64,000 bases of DNA from Aplysia californica (lineage: Eukaryota), in NCBI RefSeq assembly GCF_000002075.1, contig NW_004798020.1, positions 44,550 to 108,549 on the forward strand. Reading direction: 5' to 3'. The notes below the pieces were generated by a model, which was not told the origin of the DNA, made no database searches, and saw nothing but the letters and a program-made list of their open reading frames with translations. A program made the translations under genes and the position numbers. Position 1 is the stretch's first letter. Each line of letters starts with the position of its first letter. This document shows positions 11,301 through 23,899 of this stretch, piece after piece.

Positions 11301-14300
11301 ATAAAGTGTTTTTGTAAAGGTCATTTGACTTAAAAATAAAAAATGTTTTCCAATGGGATCAACTTTTAGGAAAGAGCTTATTTTGAAAAAAAAAAAAAAA
11401 AGAGATAACTTCAGGAAGTGCTACATGTAGGCCTATATTGCTGGAGGTAATTTATCATCATATCTCTGAGACAGTTTGCTCAAATTGATTTTTAAAAACA
11501 AACAAATTGGCCTTCTCCCTTGCTTAGATAAACTTAGCCCAGCCCTCAAAGTTTTTAATGAAATGAATCCTTTTTAAGGTCTTGTACTTTTGGCATAATA
11601 TACTATGATCATGATGTGNNNNNNNNNNNNNNNNNNNNNNNNNNNNNNNNNNNNNNNNNNNNNNNNNNNNNNNNNNNNNNNNNNNNNNNNNNNNNNNNNN
11701 NNNNNNNNNNNNNNNNNNNNNNNNNNNNNNNNNNNNNNNNNNNNNNNNNNNNNNNNNNNNNNNNNNNNNNNNNNNNNNNNNNNNNTCATTTTTAATACAA
11801 ATGCTTTTGTTAAAAGTATTAATTATCACAGATTCCCAGCGAAAGATTTTCTTATGACTTTGTAAACACATTTTTTTACAAAGCAAAAAATGTGCTTTTT
11901 TAAGTAAGATTTCTTTATCTTATGACTTCTGGGAACAGAAGTTCAACTGTATTTAGTTGTAAGAAGTTTTAAGTAAAACCTTTTCTTTAGATAAAAGGAA
12001 GAGCATCAAATATGATGGAGGGACATTTTTTCCACAACCATGATGAGTGTGATAGTTTTCTTTTTAACGACCATAGCAGAGAGTGGACCCTAATGCATAA
12101 TATATGCAGAACAAGCATTCATCATTGCGTGTGTGGTTGCAGTTAAAAAGGAATGTCACCATTTCTGGAGCTGAGTGACTAAGTGAACAAGTTGCGGTAC
12201 TGAATGAACTAAAGTGAGGGAAATATGTGTTCAGAAAAAAGATAGAACGTTTTACTTGAGACCACAAACTTCTGTTTTGATTCTTGACCAGCCAGCCTAA
12301 ATCTAAAATGTCTGCATCTTTACTATTATATCAATGTCATTTTTAACCAATCTACATTTTCGTCTCTTACATGTGGACATTTGGTGTGGGTACGTAGAGG
12401 TTCGTGGCTGTGCATTCCCACTCCCCCCCCCCCCTCCAAATGGGCCGGAAGATAGTTATTTTGCTACTCACCGGAAGATAGTTATTTCGCTACCATAGAA
12501 TTCCAAAGATCTATCTGCTCAGGACCTAGTTTTGAGAAATTTGACATTAACAATTTGTAAAATGCAATTTTTGGAATATCCTGATAAATATACTGAATCC
12601 GTGAATAATCTTACAATTTTGATAGAGGATATAAAACATACATTTGGGTTCTCACCTCATGGTCTTAGTAACTCAAAACTTCCAAAAATTTCAGATAAAA
12701 CTGTGCAATAATTCTAAGGTTACGATATGCAAAAAGATTACTTCAGAGTGAAATCTCGATGTATTGATAGGATGTTCTCTAAAGAGCAGAGAGATCTTCT
12801 ATCAGGAATATTTTTTACTCTATCAGTTTAACAATTGAAATTCCTAACCTGACTGAATACGTCTTTTCCTTCCATTACTTGTGAGCCAGATCATTTTGCC
12901 TCAGACAAACTGCATCAATCGTCTGATCTGCCTTGTGAGTGAACTCGATATATTTCTTCTTATTTTTGTACAACTACCTTGAGCTACAATATTTTTTGGA
13001 TTGACCACTTTCTCAAGCTGGTTGTGACTTTGGCTTTTTTATACAGCAGTTTTTGTGGCAGATCAAAAGCCAGCGTGTTTGTTTATTATTTTATTCCTAT
13101 GACAATAAATTGTTGTATTTTCTTGAAGACCACACACATTGAGAACTTTGTACGTAAGAGTTTCTAGAAGATGGACGTATGGAGCTGTTTTAGGTGTTTT
13201 TCAGTCTCGTTCCACGGCTATCCCTGACACTTTGGGTGTCTTTACTCAGCATTGGTGTGGCACATCTTCCATTTCTAAAGGGATTTTTCTAAAGCTAAAC
13301 CAACCATATTTTTTAGAGGACACAGTGGAAAAAAGATGAGACATTATTTACCTAAATCTTCACACAGCCCAGTCTTTTTCTTCACTTTGACAGTATCACG
13401 CAATTACCATAACAGCAAAATTCTGGGGTTTTTTTCAGATCTGTCAAATGAAATGAAGGGTTATCTCACTTTAAAATACCCATTGAAGAAATTGTTTGAA
13501 AAACTAGGGTGACTTCAACAAATCTATCTTTTAAAAAAAAAAAGAACAAAACACAATTAGTTACGTGACTGATCTGCTTTGTGAGCGAGGCTCATCTTAT
13601 GTGAACTGAACCAGATCTCTACATCCCAGGGTGTAGAGTTTTATGACTATTATTAGAATATTCCATTTTGATATATATGTCATATATAATGTATATTTAT
13701 ACATTTTAATGAATTGGGTCCAGTGTTACAAACCTATGCCAAATCGGATATGTGGCCATTGTCATTGTATCAATGTCCGTTTTTGAAGCTCAAAGTCAGA
13801 AGTGCCAATACTTTCCCAGGAAATGATTCTCCGAAATCTCTACATTTGCAGTTCACTACCAGTTTCATGCTGAAATGCAGTTTTTAGTCCATGCAATTTT
13901 TCTGAATACCAAGGCTCAAAAACAATTTTTTTTTTCCCTATTTACTCATCAATCCCTACAGGAAACTCTTGCCGGGTGATCAAGATTGCAGGCTGTGCGA
14001 CGTATACGTTGGTGCGTGTGCTTCTGTATGCCGGTGCTTGCTTGTGTACATAATGCTTACGTGTTTCAAGTTTTGTATTCATGTGTTTATTTGTGTGTGA
14101 GTGTGTGTGAGAGAGAAAGAGAGAGGGGGAGANNNNNNNNNNNNNNNNNNNNNNNNNNNNNNNNNNNNNNNNNNNNNNNNNNNNNNNNNNNNNNNNNNNN
14201 NNNNNNNNNNNNNNNNNNNNNNNNNNNNNNNNNNNNNNNNNNNNNNNNNNNNNNNNNNNNNNNNNNNNNNNNNNNNNNNNNNNNNNNNNNNNNNNNNNNN

Positions 14301-15141
14301 NNNNNNNNNNNNNNNNNNNNNNNNNNNNNNNNNNNNNNNNNNNNNNNNNAGGCAGACGGGTGGGTGAGCGGGCAAGCAGACAAACGGACAGACAGAAAGA
14401 CAGACAGACAGATGGACGGACAAACAAACTGAAAGAAAGAGAGATGGGGGGAGGGGGGTGTATGACTATGAGCATATACGAGTGTTTTCTTCTGTGTGTT
14501 CATTGGTTCTGTCCCCGATGCAGTGGAAGGACAACGTTTGTTTCCCCTATACCTTAGCCGTTCACACCAAGCACTGTATACTACTATGTGTCTCTGCCCG
14601 TTATGTTTCTTACAGTTTATTCCTGTGAGGCATTTATTTCTACAAATAATTTGTAAAAACTTAAATACAGTTGAAAAAGGAAATGATGAAACCTGTTGTT
14701 GTTCTGCTGATTTGTCCACGGTTCTCAACTTTCCTTGGGTTGTTGTGTTGTGTCTTTGGCATAGATCACGACAGTAATACATATAATTATATCGTCACTG
14801 TCTATATGTCGTCATGGTCCATAAACACAATTGTGCAAGTCATTTTTTTTCAGCTTTGTAGTTATTGGGATGTTTAAAAAAGCCTGTAGCGCATTTCTCA
14901 TCCTCAATAAAGCAGAGTTTTGTTTCGTGAGCTAAATTTACAATTATTGAGATACTTAAAAAAAACAAAAACTTTTGTTCCAAGTCGAAAAGTTTGACTT
15001 TGGTAAGCACTGTTTTCCCCAAGTATTCTCAAAATTACAACAACAACAAAAATGATGTGAACAATTGTGTTATAACCATGAAAATATACCCACATATAAA
15101 AATACAGAACATGTATACATACATATATATATACATATGAC

Positions 15142-15600
15142 CAGTGTCTGTGGTGTAGTGGTGAGGCACTTTGCTGTAGTGCGCAGAAGACCTGAGATCG
15201 ATTCCCGAGTGGGGAGAATTTTTATAGGGTATCTCCACCTTTCTGTTTACACATTGCATTCCTCTCAGCCCATAGTGGTCCCGACAGGCAGAGTTGAAGT
15301 TGCCTACCTTCTAAATGATCTAAATTAATTGTGTCGACGAGGGGGTAAACCATCTGCAGTTACTTCAAACACAAACTTCCTACACTTTTCGCTGAGAGAG
15401 TTCTTTCGCCACGAAACTAGCAGGCGTATGTGGTTAGTGGGTGTTCTGGTGTGGGTTGCTCCTTCTTTTCTATCAAACATCTATCATCCTGATCTCTCCT
15501 CTTTCTTTTTTATGTTCGTTACTCTCTTGCAATACCTGTATTCTTTGGCACATATATAAGAGCTTATTGTGTTGCAAGCGCTGTAAAACTTATTAAAATA
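15142..15600 (+). mobile_element. tRNA-derived SINE, near full length
   Basis: Head has A-box tggtgtagtgg and B-box-like gatcgattccc. The 3' body/tail (ggttgctccttcttttctatcaaacatctatc...gttgcaagcgctgtaaaac) is shared with 32940, 33535, 47440 and 62860. A-rich end. Confidence 0.75.
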
Positions 15601-15990
15601 AAACAAACAAGCAGGCATAAACTGAGAAAGTTAGTCCTGCTATACATGAAAAAAAAAACAATACAGTAGCAATTAAATATCAAAATGAAATGTTTAATGA
15701 TCATTTACAAATGATAAAAATGAGCCATCTTCTCCTTCATTTCCCATACACACCAGCCTGACAGTCTCCTTAAGATGCATTTGTCAAAAACAATCTTCTT
15801 TTGTTCACTCTAAAACATCTTGAAACAACAGTTCAATGAACGTAATCAACGATAAAATTTCACCCACGGGAAGGAAACAGAAAACATACCATCTGGTGTC
15901 CATTAACCTTACACATACCACGAAAACCTTCCACCTCTCTCTGAGAATCATTCAGTCCACACACAACCACACCAGGGAAGTAACCCTGAC

Positions 15991-18900
15991 CTATCTTGGC
16001 CCCCACTTGATGTTGTTCAGTCCCTGGAACTGTCGCTTGAGCTGACCGTTGTCTGCCCAGGCCGCGTCCAGGTAAGAGTCGTCTGCGTCCGACTCCAATT
16101 TCTGAAAGGCAAACAAAATGTTTAGAGATAGACTGAGTTTTATGGCATGTGCAACACATCATTATCCAGTGCCAGATCCGCAACAGACATCGGCGATCAT
16201 GGTTCTATTCATTCTTTTACTCGGATGCTGTTTAAAAAATTTGTGTGTTGAAAAATATTTCAAAATCAGAGAAGTCAACACAGAGCACAACACCATCAAT
16301 ATATATAAGACATTTTTCTAACCTTGAACTCCTCTTGCTTCTTGTAGTAGTATGCCATCATGTGTTTCTGGTCCTCCTGACTGACCACCGGTTCCCTCGC
16401 CGGGGCGCCTTGACCTCTCTACAGACACAACAGATAACAGCTCATTTAGCAACCTTCAGAAAAAACCTCAACGCTCATCTTTTTCAGAAATAGTAGATTA
16501 TGTGAGGCAGTGTGGTGAAATCAGGTACTCGTCAAAATAACGAAACCGCAGAAACGAGCAGTTTTCCACCAGTCTGGAAATTTTTAGCGAATTTATATTT
16601 TTTGACTTAACCTCTTTTATGTCTGTATAAAAAAGCATTTTCTTGTGAAACTCTGATCTGATTAAAGGCAAAAAATCTGTCATTTTTCAGTTTTGAAAGA
16701 CTTTAGCTATACGAGTTACCAAACTTTGGCGGACATTTACTCGGTAATTTCACCACTGAAACCAGGCGACCTCACCTCCTTCAATCGCAAATATCTTGAG
16801 TTCTTTTCAATATAAATGGATATTTTTTTCATTGGAAGCAAATAAAATAAATACGCTTTCAGATGATACCAATAACTCCACAAGCCCCAAAATTGATGAG
16901 TGCCTGGTTCCATCATGTCGTGACACATATATATATATAGCATTTGTAGATCGCACGTGACATAGTCATGTAGACTGTCCTCTTAAACACCAGGAAGGTT
17001 GGCAGAGAGTTTTAAAAAATCATAATCAGGGGCATTACGATCGTATTTTGGTTAAATTTAATTAAAATCGTGACGATTCCACCAGTTTCGTAATGATGGG
17101 CAGCCTTGTATTTCCTCCGAATAATTTTTAAACTCTTGCTCAATGAGACAGTTCTCTATATCAAAGTTGTTATCCTTTGCTGAATATAAGTCAAAATTAC
17201 AAATAGAAGATAACACACACAAAAAAACAAGAAACAAAAAGCAAATTCAGGAGCCAAATCACAATAAAACTATTGAAAATGGATCCTGAATTCTATTAAA
17301 GTTTCCTTTCAGTGAAAATGACCTCATGTAATAGAATTTGTATTGAATTAAAACTCTTCAAGAAAAGTTTGATCATTTAGGAGTCATACCCTCAGACACA
17401 AAGTTTGAAGAGACATGATCTCTACATACCGACCCACCAAGAATTATTTGTTCATTCTAGAGGACTGGAAACATCTGTTTACCTTCTGTAACTTGGCAAC
17501 AATCTTTGTCTTTTCATTCTTGCCCACGAAGTCTCCCAGCTTCTTGTGAGGCAGCAGTTCCTTGCCGGCCCACCACAGAGAGGCCTGGTCAATGTCAATC
17601 ACTTCTAGCGAGGCCTGTTGGGGGCACAAGAGAATAACATGTCACTCCTAACCAGGCCTGTTGGGGGCACAAGAGAATAACATGTCACTCCTAACCAGGC
17701 CTGTTGGGGCACAGGAGAACAACGTGATACTTTAGTACATGGTGGACTTTATCATCCCTTCGACAATGTTGATCACTTCTAACGAGGCCTGTCGCGGACA
17801 CGGGAAATAACATATATTACTTTTGTATATGGTCGACTTTATCACATTTTCATACTTAGAGTTTGGCCATTTTAAAGGCAAAGACTTGAAGGTTCAAAGA
17901 TTGGAGGAAATATTCCAAGAACTGTGAGGAAAATCCAGACTCTTCCCGACCTTAAACCTTGGTCTCAGGGCTGTAGGTAGAGTTGCAAACAGCTGCTGGT
18001 TATGTTGACGGCCATGCTCATAGCTCATCGCAGCAGTTGTAGAAAGAGTAAGACCCATGAGAAGATCACACAGACAATTTTGGTTTCTCTGATGCCTTAC
18101 AAGACAGAGTCCCTTACTTTTCACTGCCCGAACCCAATTAGAAGGCACAGGAAACACTCTGGCTGTTAGAAATATCTATGCACTTCTCATACATCATAAT
18201 GTTGAGATTCAGACCTCATACTGACTTAGTGGATTACATCAAAGTGCTCGGGACACAAAAGGCTATCTGTCACTATGAGTATGAGTTGATATACTAAATT
18301 AATCCAGTAAAGTCGGACACATACTGTTCCCAAACCATGGACAGCTGAATCAGATATACTAAAATCCAAAGCAAAGACTATCGATGTGTTCATAAAGCAT
18401 AGCTGTACTCATCACTTGACAGTCCTAAACTTTACATTCTCAAACCCTAGACTTTCATTTCAGCTCATAACATTTGAGCTTTGAAAAAATTCATGCTCTA
18501 CACAATTATACATTTAACTTGCACAATGCCCAAATCTTTAGATAAGCATAAGCATTAGTGTTTTTAAAAAAAACGAAGGTTCCAAAAGCAGCATCACATA
18601 CATGTGGACAGACAGTGTTTTCACAATAAAAAGGTTCATCAAACAGGGAGCCTTAAACTCTGACAATACTAACAAATTACCTGCTTCCCTGAGAGATCTT
18701 CAGTGTTCTCAAACTCCATTTTGATCGGCTCATAGGGAGGCAACCCCATTGGGTACACAATGGTGACAGCTCCACGGAGAATGTCCAGGGCGTCTTGTAC
18801 AGTTTTCTGAGTCACTTGTTCATCGGCTGTCACTTTTTTCTAAAGATAAATGAAGAAAGAAACGAGGCCCATGGTAACTGCAAAGCAAAACTTGAACAGT

Positions 18901-21830
18901 TGCACAACGTATAAAACTTGTTTCTATCAATCTTAAAAATTGTTTTTAAAAAGTTTATTGGTTCAGTTGTTTAAGTAACATGAAAGAAGAACTGCCAGAA
19001 GCAAACAATAGTACTTGAGCTCTTTTTGTTGGCACAAGTAGCATTGTCTACAGTTTCTTCCATCAACCAAAAGAAAAAAGAATGGTCTAGATTAATTGAA
19101 AGGTTAAAAACATCAAAATTTTTGCTTGTACCATGAAAGGTCTTATATAAAATAAGCTTTCAGTAATTTCACCTAGATTTCCTTGACTGCCACCTGACAA
19201 CTTGTGGTAACCCTAACCCTGACTTAGTCATTTATGACACTCCTCCTTAGAGTTTTTTTTTCTTCAACATTTCACCTTGATATACTATAGTAGGCCTTAA
19301 TATACTTTGAATACTTCCAAGACTAGCACGCCAACTGCAGTTTTCACAGATTCGAGCTGTAACTTATTTATAATTCAAATAGTATAATAAATGAAGTATG
19401 GCTAAAAGTAAGACTTCCATTTCGGAAAAGAATTTATAGAAATTAAATCAATGAGGTGTCTGAAGGTATTCTGAAATGTGATATTAATTTCAATGATAAT
19501 AATTACCTTGGAAATCATATCTTTCGCTTCTTTAATAGTTTTCGTAAGAACCTCTGCCATTTTGGGTGTGGGTGCTGAAAACAGTAAAAGAAAAATATGC
19601 AATAGCAGAACGCAGTAAAGTGTACACAGCAGATAAAACAGATGCATAGCACAAGGTTGACAAAAGAAATGACTAGACATGAATACATTCGTGTGGTCTT
19701 ACAATGGCAGAGAAAGTAGTATGAACAACATAAACACCATCAGCATCTTTCTTTGGTTCTTTCTCCTAAGTTTTCAGGTACCACACCATATATCATAATT
19801 ATCAACTCTTCAAATTCATTTGTTTCTTATTTTTATCTTAATATTTTTCGCAGTCACTCACCACTTCCCACTTCTGTCTCACAGCATGAACCAATGTATA
19901 CAGGGAAAAAAAAACAACAGCTAATACTGAAACAAATCTTTATAAACTTACACATCTTACTTTTGTTTCAAATTCCCAAGAGTGTTTCTGAGGAATCATC
20001 ATGCAACTCCACAAACATACACATCTTACTTTTGTTTCAAAGCCCAAAAAGTATTTCTAAAGACTCATGTACATCTGCCAACAGTCTCAAAACTTGACAA
20101 CTCCCTACAGTGGCTCATTCTCCATGATGGAAATACACAATGTGTCATGACATAATAGAATCAGGTGCTCATCAATTTTGGGGAATGTGGACTTACTGGT
20201 ATCATCTTAAAGCTTGCACATTTCTCTTGCTTTCAATGGAAAAATAATTACCCAAATATTTTTAATAGAATTCGGGATAGTTTGAAGTGAACGAGGTGGG
20301 GGTCAGCTGCTTTTAGAGAAAAGGTTAGCGAGAAAATGGCGGCCAAAGTCTGGAGACTTCCAAAGCTTGAGAGTCCTTGGAAACTGTAAATTTACATTTT
20401 TGTTCCTTTAATACACATTTTTCAGTAAAATCCATCATATAGCAATTTGTTTTTAAATTAACATAAAAGTGTTGAGCCAAAAATTAAAATGTGATAAAAG
20501 CTGTTTTCTTCAATTTCATTATTTTGACGAGCACCTGATTTCACCACGCCGACTCATATATCAAGAAGAGGAAAAAGCCAAGGAGAGGCTTGTATGTCAG
20601 CACACTGACAAAAAAAGAGCCTCAGTCCAGTAAAACCACAAAACTTCACAGTCAGCTTTATAGTGGTATAGAGCTAGTCTTGTTAGTACATCTTTTAACA
20701 TTTTAAAATATATATATATATATTTGATGGCACTTGAGAAAACTAAGAGACATGTTTAAAAACTTCACTTCCCACAGAAGAGAAATACGTAATTCCTGCC
20801 ATTGGAACAAAAATAATAGTTCTTTATTAACCATAGTGGTGATAATAGAGCCAAAACACTTCACAAGATGTCAGAAGAAAAAAAAATCATTCTTAAGCTG
20901 TCAAATTAATTTGGCTGTGGTCATGTTTCTTCACTTGAAAAGTCAAAAGGATTTACATGCAAAGCCAGGAGATTTCCCATTTACTTGGCAGTCTGCAGGG
21001 AAAATCAGGAACGGGTCTAACACACAAGCTGTCATAGTAGTAAGAATGAATCAAAGAAATAAATGTCTTCCAAGACGCCAGTAGCACAGTAGCACAACCG
21101 AACGAGCAAGAGCAATGGCATACCTTGTCCATTCCTGCAGCCAATCTTGTCCTTGGCAAATTTTACTCCACCGCTGGGCTGACATTTCTCCCCCCACTCA
21201 TCCTTCAACTTCAGCTCTTCCACTTGTTCATCTGTCAAGCCTTGCATGTTGGGCGGTAAAGACACCCCATGCTTTGCAAGCTCTTCCATTTCTGACATTT
21301 AAAAAAAAGAAGAATTGAAATATAAAAATCAGCATGGGACCTGTCAGCAAAATAATATATTGAACAATGCAAGACTTGTAAACAGAGTGCCTTTGAACTT
21401 GTTTTTGGAGTCACACATCGAAACGTCACAATAAATCTACTGTCATGACAGCTTGTTCGGTAAATACATTTCAAGAGATCTGCAAAGGTTATGGACACCC
21501 AGAAGAAATTTTTAAAATTCCTCCCCGTTGCCTACAACAATTTTCTTGCTAGTGCTAGAATATCTAGCCGAAAACAGACCAGATACTAAAAAGGTAGTTG
21601 AGTAGAAACAAAAATTGGCAATATATAAACAGTTAATAGCAGTACATTATTTTTTACGTAGATCAGTATTTTAAAGAGAAAAATGTCTTACCACCACAGA
21701 TCCGGTCCACTTTGAGTCGGCCATTGAATATTGTAGCACAGTCTTTGAGTATCAAAGACATCTCGGTATCAATCGAAGCCTCGTACAGGAACTGGCTGTC
21801 ATCCCCACGTTTGATATGGATTTTCACCAT
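15991..21830 (-). CDS. CFAP298: Cilia- and flagella-associated protein 298 (C21orf59/kurly), 290 aa. Exons 21830-21692, 21291-21124, 19574-19507, 18839-18681, 17614-17483, 16418-16323, 16101-15991
   Basis: All junctions are GT-AG and in frame (873 nt). Translation MVKIHIKRGDDSQFLYE..NGRLKVDRIC..LPPNMQGLTDEQVEELKLKDEWGEKCQPSGG..LRGAVTIVYPMGLPPYEPI..LWWAGKEL..GKNEKTKIVAKLQKRGQGAPAREP..WADNGQLKRQFQGLNNIKWGPR* is the recognisable CFAP298 (DUF2870) sequence. Confidence 0.95.
16157..16230 (-). mobile_element. RTE-clade LINE extreme 3' fragment
   Basis: Near-identical to 40722-40790 (atccagtgccagatc.gc.acagacatcggcgatcatgg), with a tga-type tail. Confidence 0.6.
16500..16928. mobile_element. MITE family A, full copy (~420 bp, imperfect TIRs, TA-flanked)
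   Basis: Left end tatgtgaggcagtgtggtgaaatcaggtactcgtcaa versus reverse complement of the right end tatgtgtcacgacatgatggaaccaggcactcatcaa. Confidence 0.8.
17611..17845. repeat. Tandem duplications of the CFAP298 exon-5 splice-acceptor region (43-bp unit x2-3 plus an older ~88-bp copy)
   Basis: aggcctgttgggggcacaagagaataacatgtcactcctaacc is repeated; an older copy at 17764-17845 keeps exon sequence. Confidence 0.85.
20141..20558. mobile_element. MITE family A, full copy (reverse orientation)
   Basis: tgtgtcatgacataatagaatcaggtgctcatcaa ... ttgacgagcacctgatttcaccacgccgactcata. Confidence 0.8.
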
Positions 21831-22451
21831 CCTCACTATATCTGGAATATAATGACAACAATAATCAATTATCGTTTGTTTTTGAAAGAGTGTAATGCTA
21901 TCAAGAAACAAAGTATAGAATACATATTATTGATTCAAAAACACATTAAAAAAAATAATTAGGAAATATAAATGGTAAACAGTCTCATCTCCACCTTTTC
22001 AGGAACAAGTCTGTGATCGTGGACAAGTGTGAAATTTAGTCAGTACAGTCTGTCCATAACTCATGTCTTAAAATAAATACGCACCTACTTTGAATGAAGT
22101 GTAAATTTGGTTTACAAAAAGCTTTAAACTGAGCAATATGCACATGCTTGCTTTTTCTTCGGAAATCTAACAAAGAATAAACAATTAAATTATGTGTGTT
22201 GCAGAAAATTTCTGTTGAGTAAAATAAGTTTTGATATTTTCAAGAGCAATAGAACGGCTCAAATTCAGAGGCAGGATTATATTTATTTATACAAATACAA
22301 TGAATCATGAGTAGATCTTGTACTGATTTCCCTGATGAATGATTTATAAACAATAACAGTGCAAACATAACGTATTGGAAGCATTAGTACTTTAATTTTT
22401 CAGGAGGAATTCTGTAACAAGTGACCACTATGAAACTGAGTAGAACAGAGG

Positions 22452-23203
22452 TAGAGTTGGGGCAAGCGGGTAACACAGTCTGAACGAGCGGGTAACAGAT
22501 GGCCAAGCGAGCGGACTGCAAACCTCAAGACAGTTCATTTTTTGGGTCCGCTCCACAATTTTACTCTCTCAGCGAGCGAACTGCGGACCTCAAATCAGTT
22601 CGTTTCTTGGGCCCGCTCCACAATTTCATTCACTGAGCGGGCCGGCGAACGGATGAACTCTAGCAGACAAGATACTCAACGCCAGGTTAGGTCCGTCGTC
22701 TATTGTTTGTTAATTAGGCCTTGTGTTTTAAGCCACCAGCGGTGCCACAGGGAGTGAAAGAGGCTGGTGATGCAGTACTTTCATCTTGTGTGTGGGTCAC
22801 ACTGTGTACATTCCAATTTACCTCGAAGGTGAAGTTTAAAGAATTTGCAAAGGCCTTTTTTTCGGAGGGTAGAGAAATTTCCGCCATGAACGCATTATAG
22901 TTACAAAGTGGGACAGGAGGGTGATTTTTTTAGGGAAGAGGGGGGGGGGGGGTGTAAGTAGTATGCAATGGATTCGAAGAAGTAGCTCCCCGTCCGTCCA
23001 TTCGCCTGCTCGAATGCATGGAGTCTCCGTCCGTTCACTAAACGAACTGTTGTCTCTGTCGGATGTTTAGCGAGTACCAAACTAGATCTAAATCTACTCT
23101 TCACAAGCGGAATGCTCGTTACCCGTCCACTTGTTTGAGCGGCAGTGCCAGCGATTAGTTCTTTACTCGCGGACGCTGATTTAGCGAGCCCGACCCGGCT
23201 CTA
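22452..23203. mobile_element. Non-autonomous hAT-type element, 752 bp, 8-bp TSD
   Basis: TSD aacagagg at 22444-22451 and 23204-23211. Termini tagag...ctcta. Subterminal gcgag/gcgga repeats; CpG-rich. Confidence 0.8.
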
Positions 23204-23899
23204 AACAGAGGGTTAGGGTTAGGGTTTGGGGTGGGGTAGGGTACAGGGTTAGGAGTAGGGGTACCATAGGGGTTGGGTCAGTGTCAGCGTTAACTCACTT
23301 GCGACTGGGCCCTTTCACCAGTCACAAGCGTTGAAGACTGGCGTTTTTGGGGGTATTTCAATAAATCACCACAACTCTCAGAATTACCCTATTGTAATCA
23401 TTTTTTGACACAGTAAAGTAACATTCAAGCTTAATCTAATACAAAAAACTAAAGTTGTTTAAGTCTAATACTTTAATTTGTATGATTTTTAAAAAATTGG
23501 CATGAATTTGATTTTCCGAAAAATTTCCAGAGACATGACAAGTAGAATTAAATTCACTGCAACAACAAAAATAAAAGTTCAAAGTGTTCTGGTTTGATTT
23601 GTATACATGTGCGAGTGTTTGGTGAAAATATAAAAGCTGGTCTGTGCATTGATTCAGACCCATACACTGAATTACATTTGACAGATGTACAGCACGACGT
23701 TGTGATTTCATTGCGCGAAAAACAACACCGGTACTAGTGCTAGATCTAGCCCTAGAACTACGACTCGGGCCGTGTTCGGGTACATATCCAGGATTCTAAC
23801 TATTAGACACATCATATTCTGAGGCACTAGAACTAGTAAAACGCACAGAAGTATAGAAAACGGCGAAATTATGTGATTCTTGTTCATGCGACTTCTTCG

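Noticed and set aside
13942-14782. Long ORFs spanning N-runs (also near 8.2, 11.6, 61.7 and 62.3 kb)
   Set aside because: Open only because of assembly gaps and microsatellites.
15142-15215. tRNA-like sequences (also 58900-58975, 61220-61290)
   Set aside because: Degenerate A/B boxes without a full cloverleaf, two of them attached to repeat bodies: SINE heads, not tRNA genes.
17894-18157. 87-aa ORF in a CFAP298 intron
   Set aside because: No recognisable motif, and the gene is already complete at 290 aa without it.
23210-23260. TTAGGG telomeric array / chromosome end
   Set aside because: Only 2-3 degenerate units inside a small repeat element.
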